Assembly (NCBI GenBank): GCA_037379345.1
Contig: CM074518.1
Coordinates: forward strand, 11,532,001 to 11,596,000
Direction of reading: 5' to 3'
Source: Perna viridis
Taxonomy: Eukaryota
DNA: 64,000 nucleotides
In this document: positions 61,901 to 64,000 of the stretch, piece by piece
Layout: every line of letters begins with the position of its first letter
Numbering within the stretch: position 1 is the first letter of the stretch
Program-made: the position numbers and the translations under genes
Notes under the pieces: model-generated
The model's database searches: none
What the model saw: only the letters and a program-made list of their open reading frames with translations
What the model was told of the DNA's origin: nothing

Positions 61901-63499
61901 TGTTACAGCTTATTGGTTGAATGATGTTCTGTTGAAAAAGAAAATGGTACCTCCATGGCAGGCATTACATTTACCACTAGTGTATGGGGAGAACAAACCA
62001 TGTAGTAATCAGGTTAGTTATTGGCATTTCATTTACTACAGGTGTATGGGGAGAACAAATAATGTAGTAATCAGGTTAGATATTGGCATGCATTTACCTC
62101 TAGTGTGTGGGAAGAACAAACCATGTAGTAATCAGGTTAGTTTTTAGCATCTTATTTACCACTAGTGTATGGGGAGAACAAACCTTGTATTTACCACTGG
62201 TGGTATGGGGAGAACAGACTCTGTGGTAATCAGGTGACATTTAAATATAACAAAACAAGCCAATGTATACATTGTACTGAAAATGCACACACATAAACCT
62301 GAAATTGAAGAAAAGGAGTTCATGTTCATCTAATCATTATCAGTAATCTGGTCAATTGTGTGACATTAACCACTAGTGTACAACAAGGACTAAGCATGCA
62401 ATATTCAGGTTTATTACAGGCCTTACACCTTGAATAAGTATTGTAGTAAGTCTATTTTCTCTTGCATATTATGTGTTTTTATCAATGAGTTTGGTTTTTT
62501 TTTCAATTCATTTCAGATTCTGTGTATGACAAACTTCGATGGGGATGAGAGAATTAGAGTTAAACAGATGATCAATGCAATTGGTGCTCGATATACTGGC
62601 CACATGACACATCAAAACACTGCACTAATTTGTAGAAAGTGAGTAAATTGGTCATTGTACATAAAAACTTCTTTATTTCTAAACTTTCCAAAAAAAAATA
62701 TGGGGATGAAAAGTATTCTTTGTAAGAATTTCTCTGATGATTGAATTTTTATAACCTTCAAAACAACAGATGTTACCAGTAATATTTTTTTTGCAGGGTG
62801 GGAAATTTTCTTCAGGGGAAACAACTTTATTAAGGTTAACAATATCACTGAGATGGGTTCGCTGATAAAGTTATTTTTGAGTAAAGTTTTCCATATTGGC
62901 TTTGCTGTTGGTCCTTGTCTAGCTAGATTGGACAGATACACAGCCTTAGTTCAATATGAGGCCTAAGACCAATGAATAAGCCAATATGGAAAATCATATT
63001 GACCATATAATGGTATACTTATATATATATTTTTAATTTACAAAAGTTTGTAAAATTAAGAAAAAGACATGTCAAGATTTAATGACATCAGGAAATATCC
63101 AGGAACAGCATTTTCAGGTCCATTTTTATGCAGTCTTAAAATTTTGCCATTGCATAGTGATATGGCACTGTTGTATATGTTTGACACTTGGTTTGCATGC
63201 TATAACTTGAGTATTGTTTTCTTTCATATACATATAGTATAAGAAAGATGCGAAATACTACATAAAATATGAGTGGTCTTAGGCTGTTATGTTTACTTGA
63301 CTTGATTTGTGTTTCAGACCAGAGGGAGAGAAATATGATAAAGCCAAAGAATGGAAATTACCTGTTGTCAATGTCCAGTGGTTGAGTGACCTAGTTTTAG
63401 GACACCTAGATGCCCTTAGGTTACCTGTCCAACCAAAGTATGTACAGCTGTATCCTGACCCATTTCAAATGGATGTACAAGTAGTTCATAACCTGATGG
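43977..63499 (+). CDS. PAXIP1: PAX-interacting protein 1 (PTIP), multi-BRCT, 3' part beyond window; exons 43977-44060, 46944-47081, 49110-49153, 51012-51072, 51738-51851, 53572-54099, 55800-56006, 57158-57293, 57773-57864, 58435-58530, 61878-62012, 62517-62638, 63318-63499
   Basis: [155 protein letters not shown]; four BRCT repeats visible; frame continuous over all junctions (exon 1 donor GTCTCA is weak). Confidence 0.95.
48584..48988. mobile_element. Foldback MITE, almost wholly palindromic, TA-flanked
   Basis: TA-CAGCTAGTTGAAATGG.../...CCATTTCAACTAGCTG-TA; arms of ~185 bp around a loop of ~30 nt. Confidence 0.9.
49409..50179. mobile_element. Non-autonomous DNA transposon with 15-bp TIRs and a 5-bp TSD (hAT5-like)
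   Basis: CAGTGTTGGAAACCA ... TGGTTTCCCACACTG (14/15 inverted match); GCATT directly on both flanks. Confidence 0.75.
50200..50765 (+). mobile_element. Helentron-associated-like element with internal repeats
   Basis: Shares GTTATTGCCCTTGAA, AAAACTATGATAGATAGAAA and terminal GCAATTCAGGCTCC..GAGCC with 56330-56870; 5' boundary approximate. Confidence 0.55.
52330..52890. mobile_element. Degenerate interspersed element with a ~160-nt internal repeat (HINE-like)
   Basis: CAAAAGGAAG(G/A)CTGG(G/C)ATTGATTTTGG at ~52489 and ~52649; boundaries approximate. Confidence 0.4.
54324..54957. mobile_element. Young Tc1/mariner-type MITE with 133-bp TIRs and TA TSD
   Basis: TIRs 54324-54456 and 54825-54957 are near-perfect (TACTCGGCGTCACATAAATAACATACTG...); flanked by TA; CpG-rich. 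Confidence 0.93.
55985..56175 (+). repeat. ~37-nt tandem duplications of the PAXIP1 exon 7 end plus donor
   Basis: CCCTCCACAGCCAAGTGATAAG|GTAAGATTTTATACA repeated 5 times with decay. Confidence 0.9.
56330..56872 (+). mobile_element. Helentron-associated-like element
   Basis: Internal repeat AAAAGTTATCAGACAACTTCTTGT..TTATTGCCCTTGAAAGG twice; terminal hairpin GGCTCCTGGGAGCC followed by TTTTGTTT; 5' boundary approximate. Confidence 0.6.
60276..60668 (+). mobile_element. Helentron-associated-like (DINE-1/HINE-type) element
   Basis: 5' hairpin TATACCCCC..GGGGGTATA; internal repeat CTCAGCAACTACTCATCAC..GCTTGAAAT twice; T-rich ends. Confidence 0.6.
61961..62240 (+). repeat. ~62-nt tandem duplications of the PAXIP1 exon 11 end plus donor
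   Basis: CATTTACCACTAGTGTATGGGGAGAACAAACCATGTAGTAATCAG|GTTAG repeated about 4.5 times. Confidence 0.92.
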
Positions 63500-63523
63500 G
63501 TAGGTCACTTTGTCTTATATTGG

Positions 63524-63740
63524 CAAGATAGTATGTGTCAGAGAATCCATTGTTAGTTCTAGTCACAAGATATCATGTGTAAGAGAGTCCATTTTTCTTT
63601 CTAGTCACAAGGTAGCTTGTGACAAAGAATCCATTGTTCTTTCTAGTCACAAGATAGCGTGTGACAAAGAATCCATTGTTCTTTCTAGTCACAAGATAGC
63701 TTGTGTGTCAGAGAATCCATGGCTCTTTCTAGTCACAAGA
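63524..63740. repeat. 42-nt minisatellite, 5 units, starting 24 nt after the PAXIP1 exon 13 donor
   Basis: CAAGATAGCTTGTGACAAAGAATCCATTGTTCTTTCTAGTCA repeated. Confidence 0.92.
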
Positions 63741-64000
63741 ACTAAATACAGGCATCATCATTCTTAATAGGGCTTATAAGTCGTTCTAGTTTCATTTCCC
63801 TATCTGGAATTTCCAATTTAGACAGTATTGAAATCCATAGACCGATCAGCATTTAACTGTTTACTTCTGGGAAAACAGGATGCTAAAATGCATAATCTTC
63901 TATTTTATGCCTTTCTTAACATTTTTATTATGTAGAACTATATATTAGAGATTTTTATTGATATTTTTACTCCAAAAGTGTTTTGATATTGAACTCAAGG

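Overview
AT-rich, intron-rich animal genomic DNA; the repeat landscape suggests a bivalve mollusc (inference only). No prokaryotic features, CRISPR arrays, rRNA or intact tRNA genes were found. The left half (1-30.2 kb) is a tandem cluster of four + strand intracellular lipid-binding protein (FABP-family) genes with the canonical 4-exon, phase 1/0/0 structure; the first is cut by the window edge, and there is a decayed relic of a fifth. The right half holds DCAF7/WDR68 (- strand, 8 coding exons, 350 aa) head-to-head with PAXIP1/PTIP (+ strand, 13 exons visible, running off the end). Introns and spacers carry Penelope-like retroelement fragments, RTE and RNase H-bearing LINE relics, Tc1/mariner-type MITEs, an element with a 5-bp TSD, Helentron-associated-like elements and minisatellites. 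Most notable: (1) tandem duplications centred on splice junctions in four exons of two housekeeping genes, plus an acceptor-like minisatellite in a FABP intron; (2) a probable U12-type intron in PAXIP1; (3) FABP paralogs that lack the canonical C-terminal R-x-Y carboxylate-binding residues. All exon coordinates were derived by hand from splice signals and reading-frame continuity.
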